Shown piece by piece: positions 8,568-17,365 of a stretch of DNA of 44,146 bases; the first letter of the stretch is position 1, and every line of letters starts with the position of its first letter. Under the pieces are notes generated by a model. It made no database searches. It saw nothing but the letters and a program-made list of their open reading frames with translations, and was not told the origin of the DNA. Made by a program: the position numbers and the translations under genes. The stretch comes from an uncultured beta proteobacterium (GTDB lineage: Bacteria > Pseudomonadota > Gammaproteobacteria > Burkholderiales > Burkholderiaceae_C): positions 1 through 44,146 of the forward strand of contig CAIPBW010000160.1 of the NCBI GenBank assembly GCA_903863395.1, written 5' to 3'.

Positions 8568-8852
8568 ATGACCGAAAACACCTCCCCCATTTTTGAAGAA
8601 TCGTTTGACGAAGATTCAGAGACCATTGGCAACTATCACCGCATGGCAGCGCACCATTTCAGCGCGTGCGCCAGGCACCATATGGCCGCTGCCTTAGCCG
8701 ACGACGAAGGCCACGACGAGGCCGCAGCCCACCACGCCCACTTGGCTTATCGCCATCAACTCAACGGCGTTCAGTACGCCGAGATTGCCGTCCTGGAAAG
8801 TGAGGGCATGGACGAGGAGTTCGATCTGCCCGCCGAAATCGAGGCTCTGTAA
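8568..8852 (+). CDS. Small His/acid-rich protein, putative metal-binding helical protein
   Basis: HRMAAHH, ARHHMAA, AAHHAHLA repeats with acidic termini; AGGA SD. Confidence 0.8.
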   Translation: MTENTSPIFEESFDEDSETIGNYHRMAAHHFSACARHHMAAALADDEGHDEAAAHHAHLAYRHQLNGVQYAEIAVLESEGMDEEFDLPAEIEAL

Positions 8853-9009
8853 TCCTGCAGCGCAACCGGCCTTTGATCAAAATGGAGCTTAGGCCGGTTG
8901 TCATACTCTGCGCTCTGGCAGAATGCTTGTGTCCATGCGGAAAACATTAATCAAGCAGATGCAAGAACGTCGATCAGAAGTGATCGTTATGAAAATGTCA
9001 CTGACGATT

Positions 9010-9900
9010 TCAAGGTGACAAAGGGTTCTTGAACCAGATGGACTTGCGGGCGATGTACGCCTCGTCTTGGTCCAAGTGGGCCGCATTGCGGCGCGTACTT
9101 AGCGTCTGGGATGCGTGCATGAGGCCGATGCTCAGCCACACCGCTACGCTGAAGTAAAGGGTCATCCATACGACCTCAGACTCCCAGTCTTCCCAGCGAT
9201 GGGAAACCACCCACCGGCCAGAAACATCAGACAGGCCCTGAGCGATGCTGAGGTACTGGCGCCCCCGACCTTCATCGAGCAACCAGCGCGCCCAGTACAT
9301 CGGCACGTCCACTTCAAACATGTAGACAACGTAGCACAAGCCAAACGCGCTGGCCATGGCGAGTAGAGGTCGGTGGGCCCGATCACTGCGCGACCACAGA
9401 AACAGAAAACTTGCGACAAGCATGGCGGCGCTCAGTCCCCAAATGGATTCTTCCAGTACATGCCCAAGATTGGACGTGGTTACTACGGCGTACCAGGAGC
9501 AGATTTCGGCCACCACGATCAAGGGAACGATCCAGCGCGCGACCTTGACGGCGAACTGACTGCCATACGTTTGCGCGACCGTTTGCAACAGAAGTGCCCA
9601 TTGCGCCGCAAAACACAATTCGGCAATGGTTGCCACTGATCGGCCAACAACTACGCTGGACAGCCATGAGTCCACCATGACGAGGCGTTGCACGTCGTAC
9701 ACCGGGAAGACCGAGCGATAGGAGCACCCCAAGACGTAGCCAGCGGAGAGGACTACGTGCCAATGCGTGGTCGACCAAGCCCCCAATCGAAACCGTTCAG
9801 ACCGGTGTCGCAAGAAAAGTGTCGCAGCAACCCAGGCAAGCACATTGAGCGCGCTCACGCTGCAAAGAAGTGGCCACCAGAAGTGCGTAGTATCATTCAT
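9010..9900 (-). CDS. Multi-pass integral membrane protein of unknown function
   Basis: About 7-8 hydrophobic segments with polar motifs (GRSVATIAELCF, AEICSWY, GHVLEES, YMFEVDVPMY); likely start MNDTTH at 9900. Confidence 0.85.
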   Translation of the reverse strand: MNDTTHFWWPLLCSVSALNVLAWVAATLFLRHRSERFRLGAWSTTHWHVVLSAGYVLGCSYRSVFPVYDVQRLVMVDSWLSSVVVGRSVATIAELCFAAQWALLLQTVAQTYGSQFAVKVARWIVPLIVVAEICSWYAVVTTSNLGHVLEESIWGLSAAMLVASFLFLWSRSDRAHRPLLAMASAFGLCYVVYMFEVDVPMYWARWLLDEGRGRQYLSIAQGLSDVSGRWVVSHRWEDWESEVVWMTLYFSVAVWLSIGLMHASQTLSTRRNAAHLDQDEAYIARKSIWFKNPLSP

Positions 9901-9906
9901 AAATAT

Positions 9907-9929
9907 ACGGTATAAACAATATATACCGT
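9907..9929. promoter_or_regulatory. Palindromic operator-like site ACGGTATA-N7-TATACCGT (copy 2)
   Basis: Perfect 8-bp inverted repeat between the divergent membrane-protein and ParA genes; abuts a TTGCAA-N16-TATAAA candidate promoter on the minus strand. Confidence 0.75.
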
Positions 9930-10065
9930 TTATACGCTTTTCGCGGAATTTTGCAATCAAAGCTCAGGCCGCCGTCAAAAGACTCAGACTCATCGTTCAA
10001 GAAAGTAGCTTGCTATGGTTCAACGCACATCACCTGGCCCGACCAAAATTCAACCGGAATCGAAA

Positions 10066-10686
10066 GTGACGGTCGCCTCCTTTGTTGGGCAAAAGGGCGG
10101 CGTCGGAAAGAGTGCCCTCGCGCGGGTGCTGGCAGTGGCTGCTGCGCATCAAGGCAAGAGAGTGTTGATCGGTGACTACGACCTGGAACAACTCACTTGT
10201 GTTGAATGGGGAGCAGCCCGGTTAAGAAACGGGATTGAACCAGAGGTTGAGGTGCGTGCTTTCAAGAGTTTGAAGAAGCTACGGAAAAAAGTTGACGGGT
10301 TTGACCTTGTTGTTGTCGATACGCGCGGATTGGCAGATGACTTCACCGAAGAGATCAGCAAGGAAAGCGACATAGTCTTCTTGCCGACCGGAACATCGAT
10401 GGACGACTTGCGGCCAACGATTGGTTTGGCCAAGCGACTCGCTCATCAAGGGGGTTCCAGCAAGATAGTGATCGTGCTGTCCAGGACCGGCCGCTCAGAG
10501 CGCTTGCTTGAACAAGCTTTGGCGTTCATCGAGCGCTCAGGTTTTGAGTGTCTGGATGCGACCTGGCCGCAGCGCGATGGCTTCCAATCAGACATGGACT
10601 TAGGCAAAGCAGGAAGTGAAGCCAGCAATCTCTATCTCAAGCTGGCCGCCACGAAGATTGAAACCGCTTTGCTCAATTGCCTGTAA
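10066..10686 (+). CDS. Short orphan ParA/MinD-family ATPase (ParF/type Ib-like)
   Basis: Deviant Walker A GQKGGVGKS at the N-terminus, GDYDLEQ, VVVDTRG; no N-terminal HTH; likely GTG start at 10066 (ORF track 10015). Confidence 0.88.
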   Translation: MTVASFVGQKGGVGKSALARVLAVAAAHQGKRVLIGDYDLEQLTCVEWGAARLRNGIEPEVEVRAFKSLKKLRKKVDGFDLVVVDTRGLADDFTEEISKESDIVFLPTGTSMDDLRPTIGLAKRLAHQGGSSKIVIVLSRTGRSERLLEQALAFIERSGFECLDATWPQRDGFQSDMDLGKAGSEASNLYLKLAATKIETALLNCL

Positions 10687-10733
10687 GTGTCGGTGTGAGA
10701 GTTCAGGAGCGCCTGCCACTGGCTCAACCTCAC

Positions 10734-10766
10734 AAACAAGAAACCCGCCAGGGTGAGTGGCGGGTT
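10734..10766 (-). terminator. Intrinsic terminator
   Basis: AACCCGCCA-loop-TGGCGGGTT stem followed by TCTTGTTT on the minus strand. Confidence 0.6.
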
Positions 10767-10956
10767 GGCCCCCCAGTGGACTTGAAGCGCAGTCACACAA
10801 ACGCATCCTACTGACACGGCGGCCTCATGAACGCAATCCAGAATCGCGCCAGCTTAAACACTCAACGGACGTTTGCCGACCAGGCGTGATTTGCCGGGTC
10901 AGCTAAACCCCTGCCTTTAGCGCCGGGGTTGAACTGCTTGCCATTGTTTTGCCGCT

Positions 10957-12216
10957 TTACAAAGCCGGCTGCATGCGCTTCCAACTGAAAGGCCCAAAGG
11001 CTTCCAAGTCGTGCTTGTGGTTGGCCGTGGTGTCAATGCGCAGCTTGAGCCATTCCAGCGGCATGGTCTCGCCATGGACCACGATGCGGTGGAAGTTGGG
11101 CACGTTATAGCCATGGGCCTGGGTCAGAAAGGCATCGGTGGGGTTCTTTACCTTAGCCAGCATGGCCTCAGCGCGACTGTCTGAGCACGCCACAGCAGGC
11201 TTTCCGGCTTCAACCTCAATAGCGCATGGAGCCGCCTTCATCAACGGGTTGTCAGAGCGGTAAGTGTGCGAGTCTCCCATGACCATTAATACAGGCATAC
11301 CGTAGGCCTTGGTTCCCTCCGCAATTTTGTCGAGATACTGTTTGTAGCCACTGAGGTGCGCCGCACCTGTCTTGGCTTCGTCCACGTCCCACATGTCGGC
11401 TTGCGTCAGGAGCACCATGGCGATGTAGCCCTTGGTCGTTGCGCGGTTGTAGGCGGCATCGATCCAGCGCAGGGTAGCGGCTGAGCGTACTGTTACTTCG
11501 TTCTGCTGTTCAGCGCTCATGGCGGGGGCCCCGTACCAGGGGTCCGTACCGTTGTTGGAGCCGCCCGGGATGTTCAAGGTTACAAACAAAACGCCGGACT
11601 TTTCCCACCAGACGTTTTCCACGAAGGCCTTGTCAGCCGGGTGGGCAGGATTGAATTCCACTGCCTGTGAGTGCACTTGCATCGGCGCGCCCAATGTCTG
11701 CCCAGGCTTGGCAAAAAATATCGAACGCACCAACTCCAGGTTGGCAATCGGGTCGCCTTTGGCGTAGTCAACGAACTTGCCGTTTGCGTCCACCACGTAG
11801 TCGATGTTGCCAGTGGCTTTGTTATAGCTTCCTCCGCCTTCCTTGGCTTTGTGGCAGTCCATCCACTCGTTGTCACCCGGGGTATAGACCAGCGGCTGCT
11901 TGAAAGACGCCCAGTGTTCGTAAATGGTTTTGTTGTACTCCTGTGTGCAGTACTGCTTGCCAGCATGGGTGTCGCCAATGTGTGCCACCAGCGATACGTC
12001 GGCTTCAGCGTTAATGGATGCAATGAAACGCGGATGGGCAATGAGCTGCCTGGTATCCGTTGGAGTCGTGCCATAGGGAACGTCGCCAATCAATGCGACC
12101 GTAAACGCAGAAGGCTGATCAGGGTCTGTTTTGCTGCTCATGACACTGCAACCGCCTAATGCCGTGATCATTGCAATTACAAACGCTGGAAGCTTCAATT
12201 TAGTGGATGTTTTCAT
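10957..12216 (-). CDS. Calcineurin-like metallophosphoesterase lipoprotein
   Basis: IGDVPY, HIGD, TPGDNEW, GDSH motifs; lipobox LGGC after a basic N-terminus (MKTSTK at 12216). Confidence 0.85.
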   Translation of the reverse strand: MKTSTKLKLPAFVIAMITALGGCSVMSSKTDPDQPSAFTVALIGDVPYGTTPTDTRQLIAHPRFIASINAEADVSLVAHIGDTHAGKQYCTQEYNKTIYEHWASFKQPLVYTPGDNEWMDCHKAKEGGGSYNKATGNIDYVVDANGKFVDYAKGDPIANLELVRSIFFAKPGQTLGAPMQVHSQAVEFNPAHPADKAFVENVWWEKSGVLFVTLNIPGGSNNGTDPWYGAPAMSAEQQNEVTVRSAATLRWIDAAYNRATTKGYIAMVLLTQADMWDVDEAKTGAAHLSGYKQYLDKIAEGTKAYGMPVLMVMGDSHTYRSDNPLMKAAPCAIEVEAGKPAVACSDSRAEAMLAKVKNPTDAFLTQAHGYNVPNFHRIVVHGETMPLEWLKLRIDTTANHKHDLEAFGPFSWKRMQPAL

Positions 12217-12295
12217 ATCAGGACAGTGGTGGGGTTTCAACATAGTGACTATGACTTCTGCGGCACTTCGACCCCAAGCATTTCCTCACACAGAC

Positions 12296-12376
12296 GTGTC
12301 AATTTGATGACATGCGTAACGCAAGCAACTTCGCACACCATCCGTCGATGCACGGCACATGACAATCATGTGACGT
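12296..12376 (-). promoter_or_regulatory. Two Pho-box-like heptamer pairs upstream of the metallophosphoesterase
   Basis: ATGTCAT-CAAA-TTGACAC (12296-12313) and ACGTCAC-ATGA-TTGTCAT (12359-12376); no clean -10 at 10 bp. Confidence 0.5.
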
Positions 12377-12433
12377 TGCAATCAAACCACCAAGTTGACA
12401 TTGGCGGCACATCACGAACGCGTGAAAGTTCCT

Positions 12434-12467
12434 TTTTCAAGAAACTGACACATTTGAAAACTACCGT
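12434..12467 (+). promoter_or_regulatory. Pho-box promoter of the porin (TTTTCAA-GAAA-CTGACAC, 10 bp, TACCGT)
   Basis: Heptamer pair plus -10 at the conserved spacing. Confidence 0.6.
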
Positions 12468-12528
12468 GTGAAAAGCCGAGTGAAATTCAATCACTTACGG
12501 TTCTTAAACCCTTTAGAAAGTTCCAAGC

Positions 12529-13674
12529 ATGCAATTCATTTCCACCAAGAGCGTCATCGCTCTGGCAGCATTGGCTGCCTCAAGCGCAACATTTGCACAA
12601 GCACCAGCACCAGCACCTTCAGTCACTCTGTACGGCACCATCGAAATGGCACTGGAAGCCAATAGTGATGGCACCACCAACCGCACGGCGATGCAAAACT
12701 TTTCCTCCAACTTCGGTATCAAAGGCGAGCGCCAGGTCAGCGGCACTTTGAGCGGTATTTTTCAGGTGGAAACGGGATTCGCGCCCGATGACACATCGCA
12801 GAGCAAGACGCTGGCAAATCGCAACAGCTTTGTCGGACTGAAGAGCGCTTCCATGGGCACTTTGATCATCGGTACCAACGACATGCCTCTGAAAGAATTG
12901 AAGGGCACAACCAAGATCATGCTGGGTGAAGGTGAAGCGATGGAAACCATCATTCACGGCCGCGGAACCAACCAAAGTGCATCTGCGACGGTGGTTCCTA
13001 CCGGAGGCATTGCAGGCACTGGCGCGTTTGGCCAGGTCCATACCCGCAAGACCAATCTGGTTGAGTACATCAGCCCGAAATTCAGCGACGTCGTGGTGAA
13101 GTTTGCCTACTCGCCTGATGAAGCTGCCACGGTGGCAACTTCCACCGCTCCCGCTTACAGCCAGGCCATGTTCGGCGCATCGATTGAATACAACAACGGC
13201 ACGTGGAACGCTGGTCTTGCAACCCAGTCCCAGGACAACGTGATCAAGCCAACCATTGCGGCAACCCCTGCTCTTTCCATCCCAGGATATGCGTTGCAGG
13301 CGACCAAGGCCACGCTGGGTGCCCAAATGGGGGCCTGGAAAACGGGGCTGGCCTTCAGTACCATTGACAATGGCGCTGGCAAGAAGACCAGCAACTGGAT
13401 GGTTTCCGGCGCATATGCCATGGGCCCCGTTGTGATGAAGGCCAACTATGGCGCCTCCAGCGAATCCTTCAGTGGCGCCGCAGACGATCTGACACTCGCC
13501 GGTGTGGAAGTGGATTACGTGTTGGACAACTCGCTGACTTTGTACGGTGCGTATTCGACCATCACCAACAGCAAGAACGCCAAGGGCTATTACACCCAGT
13601 CCGACAACTTCCCTGCGCCCGCCGCTGGCAAGAACCCCACCGCCTTGAACTTTGGTATTCAGTACAAGTTCTGA
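12529..13674 (+). CDS. Gram-negative trimeric porin (betaproteobacterial type)
   Basis: Signal peptide; SVTLYG, SNFGIKGE, NRNSFVGLK motifs; C-terminal GIQYKF. Confidence 0.93.
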   Translation: MQFISTKSVIALAALAASSATFAQAPAPAPSVTLYGTIEMALEANSDGTTNRTAMQNFSSNFGIKGERQVSGTLSGIFQVETGFAPDDTSQSKTLANRNSFVGLKSASMGTLIIGTNDMPLKELKGTTKIMLGEGEAMETIIHGRGTNQSASATVVPTGGIAGTGAFGQVHTRKTNLVEYISPKFSDVVVKFAYSPDEAATVATSTAPAYSQAMFGASIEYNNGTWNAGLATQSQDNVIKPTIAATPALSIPGYALQATKATLGAQMGAWKTGLAFSTIDNGAGKKTSNWMVSGAYAMGPVVMKANYGASSESFSGAADDLTLAGVEVDYVLDNSLTLYGAYSTITNSKNAKGYYTQSDNFPAPAAGKNPTALNFGIQYKF

Positions 13675-13857
13675 TAGTTGCGGCCTAGCCGACTGGCGAA
13701 ATGCCAGTGGCACGACCCACTCACCCGTATTGAAAACCACGGGCGAGTGGGCGACGCGTTTAAGTGCCCACATGCCGGCCGACAGCACTTCCATCGCCAA
13801 TAAGGCGCAGCTTTGCGCCTCTATGAAGCAAACTGACCGACCTCAGCCATATCGATC

Positions 13858-14400
13858 ATGCCGCGCATAGGCCTCATCTTCTTGCTGATGTTGGTTACCT
13901 GTCAGGTACACGCGCAGCCTTCCGCGCCAGGCTGCGTCACCACGCTTAGTGAGCTTAAGACCATGCTTGGAGACCGCCGTGATGCCTTGCAATGGGAAGA
14001 AACCACGATGGATGATGGTAAGCCTCTGTTGGTTTCCATTGCTGATGGACACGGCGCGTTGGCGCTGGAATTTGTGAAAACCGGCGAAGGTCTATGGGCT
14101 GAGGGCAAAGGCGCGGTATGCAGGAATGGCACTGACTTCGAAATTCGCTTTGAGCGCGAACAATTTCGTTTCGGACCAGCGGCCAACTGGCTGTTGCGAA
14201 ACTTGTCAGGTCGCGGTGGGCGGTTCACGATGACACTGCTTGGTTCAGCGCGGATGCGAATTGCTACCCGCGGCTGGAGTGGGGTGTTTGCGCCCAAGGT
14301 GAGTTGCAGCATGCAAGCGCAGCCGATTGACGCACCCGATTGCTTGCACCGTGTTCAAAGAAACTTGCTGGATAGGAACCAAAGAGACGAAAGAACTTGA
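13858..14400 (+). CDS. Secreted hypothetical protein
   Basis: Signal peptide ending VHA; beta-rich core WEETTMDDGKPLLV...KTGEGLWAEG. Confidence 0.65.
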   Translation: MPRIGLIFLLMLVTCQVHAQPSAPGCVTTLSELKTMLGDRRDALQWEETTMDDGKPLLVSIADGHGALALEFVKTGEGLWAEGKGAVCRNGTDFEIRFEREQFRFGPAANWLLRNLSGRGGRFTMTLLGSARMRIATRGWSGVFAPKVSCSMQAQPIDAPDCLHRVQRNLLDRNQRDERT

Positions 14401-14431
14401 ACCGCGCTCTTTCGTGCTACGTGGGTACAAG

Positions 14432-15361
14432 TCAATACACCGCCGGGATCAGCATTTCCATGGGCACCGGATTGCGATGGTAGTCCGGGTGGTGAACGCG
14501 CTCTGGCAAGACGACCGGCGCATGTTCTATTTCACCGTAAGGCACTTGACTGAGCAAATGGTGAATGCAGTTGAGGCGCGCCTTCTTCTTGTCCACCGCT
14601 TCAATGATCCACCAGGGAGCTTCAGGAATGTGGGTGCGCTCAAGCATCGCTTCTTTGACCTTGGTGTAGTCCTCCCAGCGGCGGCGCGACTCCATATCCA
14701 TCGGGCTGAGTTTCCATTGTTTGAGTGGATCATGAATGCGCATCTTGAAGCGCATTTCCTGCTCTTCATCGGTAATCGAAAACCAGTACTTGATCAGCAT
14801 GATGCCCGAGCGGATCAGCATTTTTTCAAACTCCGGAACGCTGCGGTAGAACTCTTCGTACTCATCGTCGTCGCAGAATCCCATGACCTTTTCAACGCCG
14901 GCCCGGTTGTACCAACTGCGGTCAAAAAGGGCGATCTCACCAGCAGCAGGCAGGTGCGAGACGTAGCGTTGGAAGTACCACTGTGTCCGCTCCCGCTCGG
15001 TAGGTGCAGACAGTGCTGCCACGCGGCAGACGCGGGGGTTGAGGCGCTGGGTAATGCGCTTGATAACGCCCCCCTTGCCGGCCGCATCACGGCCTTCGAA
15101 AAGCACGACCACCTTCAACTTCTTGTGCACAACCCAGTCCTGCAGTTTGACCAGTTCCTTCTGGAGGCGAAACAGTTCCCTGAAATAAAAGTGCCGATCC
15201 AGATCCTTTGACTCACTCGCCCTGTTGGTTGCTTCGGCGATCAGATCATTCATCCGGTCATCGTCAATTTCCATCTCGAGCTCTTCATCAAAACTGTCCA
15301 GCATTTCGGCGTGCAGTCGGCGCTCGTAGTCGCGAAGTTCATCGGTCTTGTCAGTATTCAT
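14432..15361 (-). CDS. ppk2: Polyphosphate kinase 2 (single-domain)
   Basis: LFEGRDAAGKGG Walker A, FDRSWYNR, KQWKLSPMD; AGGA SD before ATG15361 (alternative start 15382). Confidence 0.96.
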   Translation of the reverse strand: MNTDKTDELRDYERRLHAEMLDSFDEELEMEIDDDRMNDLIAEATNRASESKDLDRHFYFRELFRLQKELVKLQDWVVHKKLKVVVLFEGRDAAGKGGVIKRITQRLNPRVCRVAALSAPTERERTQWYFQRYVSHLPAAGEIALFDRSWYNRAGVEKVMGFCDDDEYEEFYRSVPEFEKMLIRSGIMLIKYWFSITDEEQEMRFKMRIHDPLKQWKLSPMDMESRRRWEDYTKVKEAMLERTHIPEAPWWIIEAVDKKKARLNCIHHLLSQVPYGEIEHAPVVLPERVHHPDYHRNPVPMEMLIPAVY

Positions 15362-15426
15362 GAGACGTCCTGTTGGCAACATGATCGAAGGAAGGCTGGA
15401 GAAGTAATCGGCACCACCCTTGTTAC

Positions 15427-15460
15427 ATTCTATTGGACCCAGGTGACAAGAAAGTGACTC
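15427..15460 (-). promoter_or_regulatory. Pho-box promoter of ppk2 (GAGTCAC-TTTC-TTGTCAC, 10 bp, TAGAAT)
   Basis: Heptamer pair at 15443-15460; -10 at 15427-15432. Confidence 0.8.
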
Positions 15461-15508
15461 GGTCCTTGTCCCCTTGCCTGGTGGTGTTTGCGGCCAAGTC
15501 CAAAGCGT

Positions 15509-17365
15509 TTACGGCGTTCTTACTCCAAAAACAAGGCCGGGCAATCCGGTCGATAACTGGGGGAAGCACGAGATGAAGAATGCGCCAAGAAAGATTGCCA
15601 GCAGTGCCGGGCCAATGGAGGCCACGACCGTGCGAATGGGCTTGTTGAACATCGCCGCTGCAAAGTAGATGTTCATGCCCGCAGGGGGGCACAGAAAACC
15701 CATTTCAATGTTGGCCAGAAAGATGATTCCGAAATGCACCGGATCGATGCCATAACTCAGTGCGACTGGCAGCAGCAGCGGCACGAGAAAGACAATCGCC
15801 GCGAAGATTTCCATCAAGGACCCTGCGACCAGCAAGAACACGTTGAGCAGCAGCAGGAAGACGTACTTGTTGGGGACGAAGCCCTGCACCCAGTCAATGG
15901 CGTCGCTCGGTAGGCCACTGTCCACCAGGTAGTTGGTCAGTCCCAGCGCCATGCCCAGGATCAGCATCACGCCACCAATAATTTGCGTGCAGTCGCGCAG
16001 GCACTTGCCCAGGGTCGCCATGCTCAGATCCCGGTGCACGACCATCTGTGTCAGCACCGCATAAGCTGCCGTGAGCGCAGAACTCTCTGTCGGCGTGGCC
16101 AGGCCGCTGACCAGCGAGCCAACCGCAATCACCGGAGCGAGGATCTCAAACCTGGCGGTCCAGAGGGCCTTCGTCAGGTGCAGTTGGTCGGGCGTCTGCG
16201 CTTTTACCGCAAGTGCGGTGCTGGCGGGGGTGGAGCGCCTGAGGTACCCGCCCATGACCACCAGGAACAGCACCATCACACAGGCTGGCGCGACACCGGC
16301 CAGGAACATTGTGTTAATCGGAACACGCGCGATGATGGCGTACATGATCAGCGGCACGGATGGTGCCAGCAGCACACCCAGGGCGCTGGCACTGGTGACC
16401 AGACTGATGCCACGCTGTTGGGGCACCCCGGCCTTGGTCAGCAAGGGAAGCAGCAATCCCCCCAAAGCCAAAATGGTGACACCACTGCCGCCGGTGAATG
16501 CGGTAAAACAGGAGCACAGCACCGCCGCAGCCAGCACGGTTCCACTGGCACCATTGCCAAACACGGCCAGGAATACGGCGCTCAAACGACTGGCCGCACC
16601 GGTGCGCGCAAAAATCAGTCCGGCCAGGGTGAACAGGGGCAATGCAGGCAGCGACGGGTTAACCGTGATCTGGTAGTGCGACAGCGCAACCGATGCCAGC
16701 GGCTGTCCATCCTGCCAGAAGAGCACCAGGGCCAGCCCCCCCAAGACCACGAATATGGGTGCGCCGCACAGCAAGATAGCCAGCAGCCACACCACGCCCG
16801 GCCAGAGTTCCACGGCGCTGCCGTCAAACGCGCTGGCCAGCCCAAAGCCCACCGCGGTCAGAAGCAAACCGCGAATGGGTTTCAACCAGGCGGTGCTGGC
16901 ACCACGGGCTCCAAGTTTGGCACCAAGAAGTGCAAAGCCAATGGGCATCGTGGCCTGCACACACCAGGTTGGTATTCCGTAGGCAAGCGGGTGTGACGCG
17001 ACCATTTCGGTGGCGACAAAGCGCCAACCGGCCAGCGCCAGAATGCCGCAAATAACCGCAGCGCTACCGTTGGCGAAAGCGTGGACGCGCTCTTGAAAGC
17101 GCACGCCCCCAAAGCGTGCTAGGCCATTGCCCAAAGTGCTCAAATGGCCGTTGCGCTCGGCTGCCAGCGCCCCGTACATTGCCAACACCAGACCCAGATG
17201 CTGCACCAGGACCGAAGAATTCTGGACACCGCTTCCCACGAGCGGCCGCAGCACGATCTCCACCAGCGGGATCAGCGTCATCAGGAGCAAGGCAACCGAC
17301 GCAATCCCTTCGTCGAGACTGCCCAGGCGCTGGGCGCTGCCGGTGTTCACATGGCCTGCGCTCAC
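15509..17365 (-). CDS. TRAP transporter fused small/large permease (DctQM)
   Basis: N-terminal 4-TM DctQ part; DctM motifs ALPLFTLAG, FTGGSG, PSVPLIMY, TPTES, GIDPVHFG. Confidence 0.92.
   Translation of the reverse strand: MSAGHVNTGSAQRLGSLDEGIASVALLLMTLIPLVEIVLRPLVGSGVQNSSVLVQHLGLVLAMYGALAAERNGHLSTLGNGLARFGGVRFQERVHAFANGSAAVICGILALAGWRFVATEMVASHPLAYGIPTWCVQATMPIGFALLGAKLGARGASTAWLKPIRGLLLTAVGFGLASAFDGSAVELWPGVVWLLAILLCGAPIFVVLGGLALVLFWQDGQPLASVALSHYQITVNPSLPALPLFTLAGLIFARTGAASRLSAVFLAVFGNGASGTVLAAAVLCSCFTAFTGGSGVTILALGGLLLPLLTKAGVPQQRGISLVTSASALGVLLAPSVPLIMYAIIARVPINTMFLAGVAPACVMVLFLVVMGGYLRRSTPASTALAVKAQTPDQLHLTKALWTARFEILAPVIAVGSLVSGLATPTESSALTAAYAVLTQMVVHRDLSMATLGKCLRDCTQIIGGVMLILGMALGLTNYLVDSGLPSDAIDWVQGFVPNKYVFLLLLNVFLLVAGSLMEIFAAIVFLVPLLLPVALSYGIDPVHFGIIFLANIEMGFLCPPAGMNIYFAAAMFNKPIRTVVASIGPALLAIFLGAFFISCFPQLSTGLPGLVFGVRTP

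Noticed and set aside
10066-10686. ParA as evidence of an integrated plasmid or prophage
   Set aside because: No rep, parB, integrase, transposase or att-like repeats seen in the window
10767-10950. Small RNA upstream of the 10734-10766 terminator
   Set aside because: No convincing promoter or recognisable family; could simply be the 3' UTR of the metallophosphoesterase
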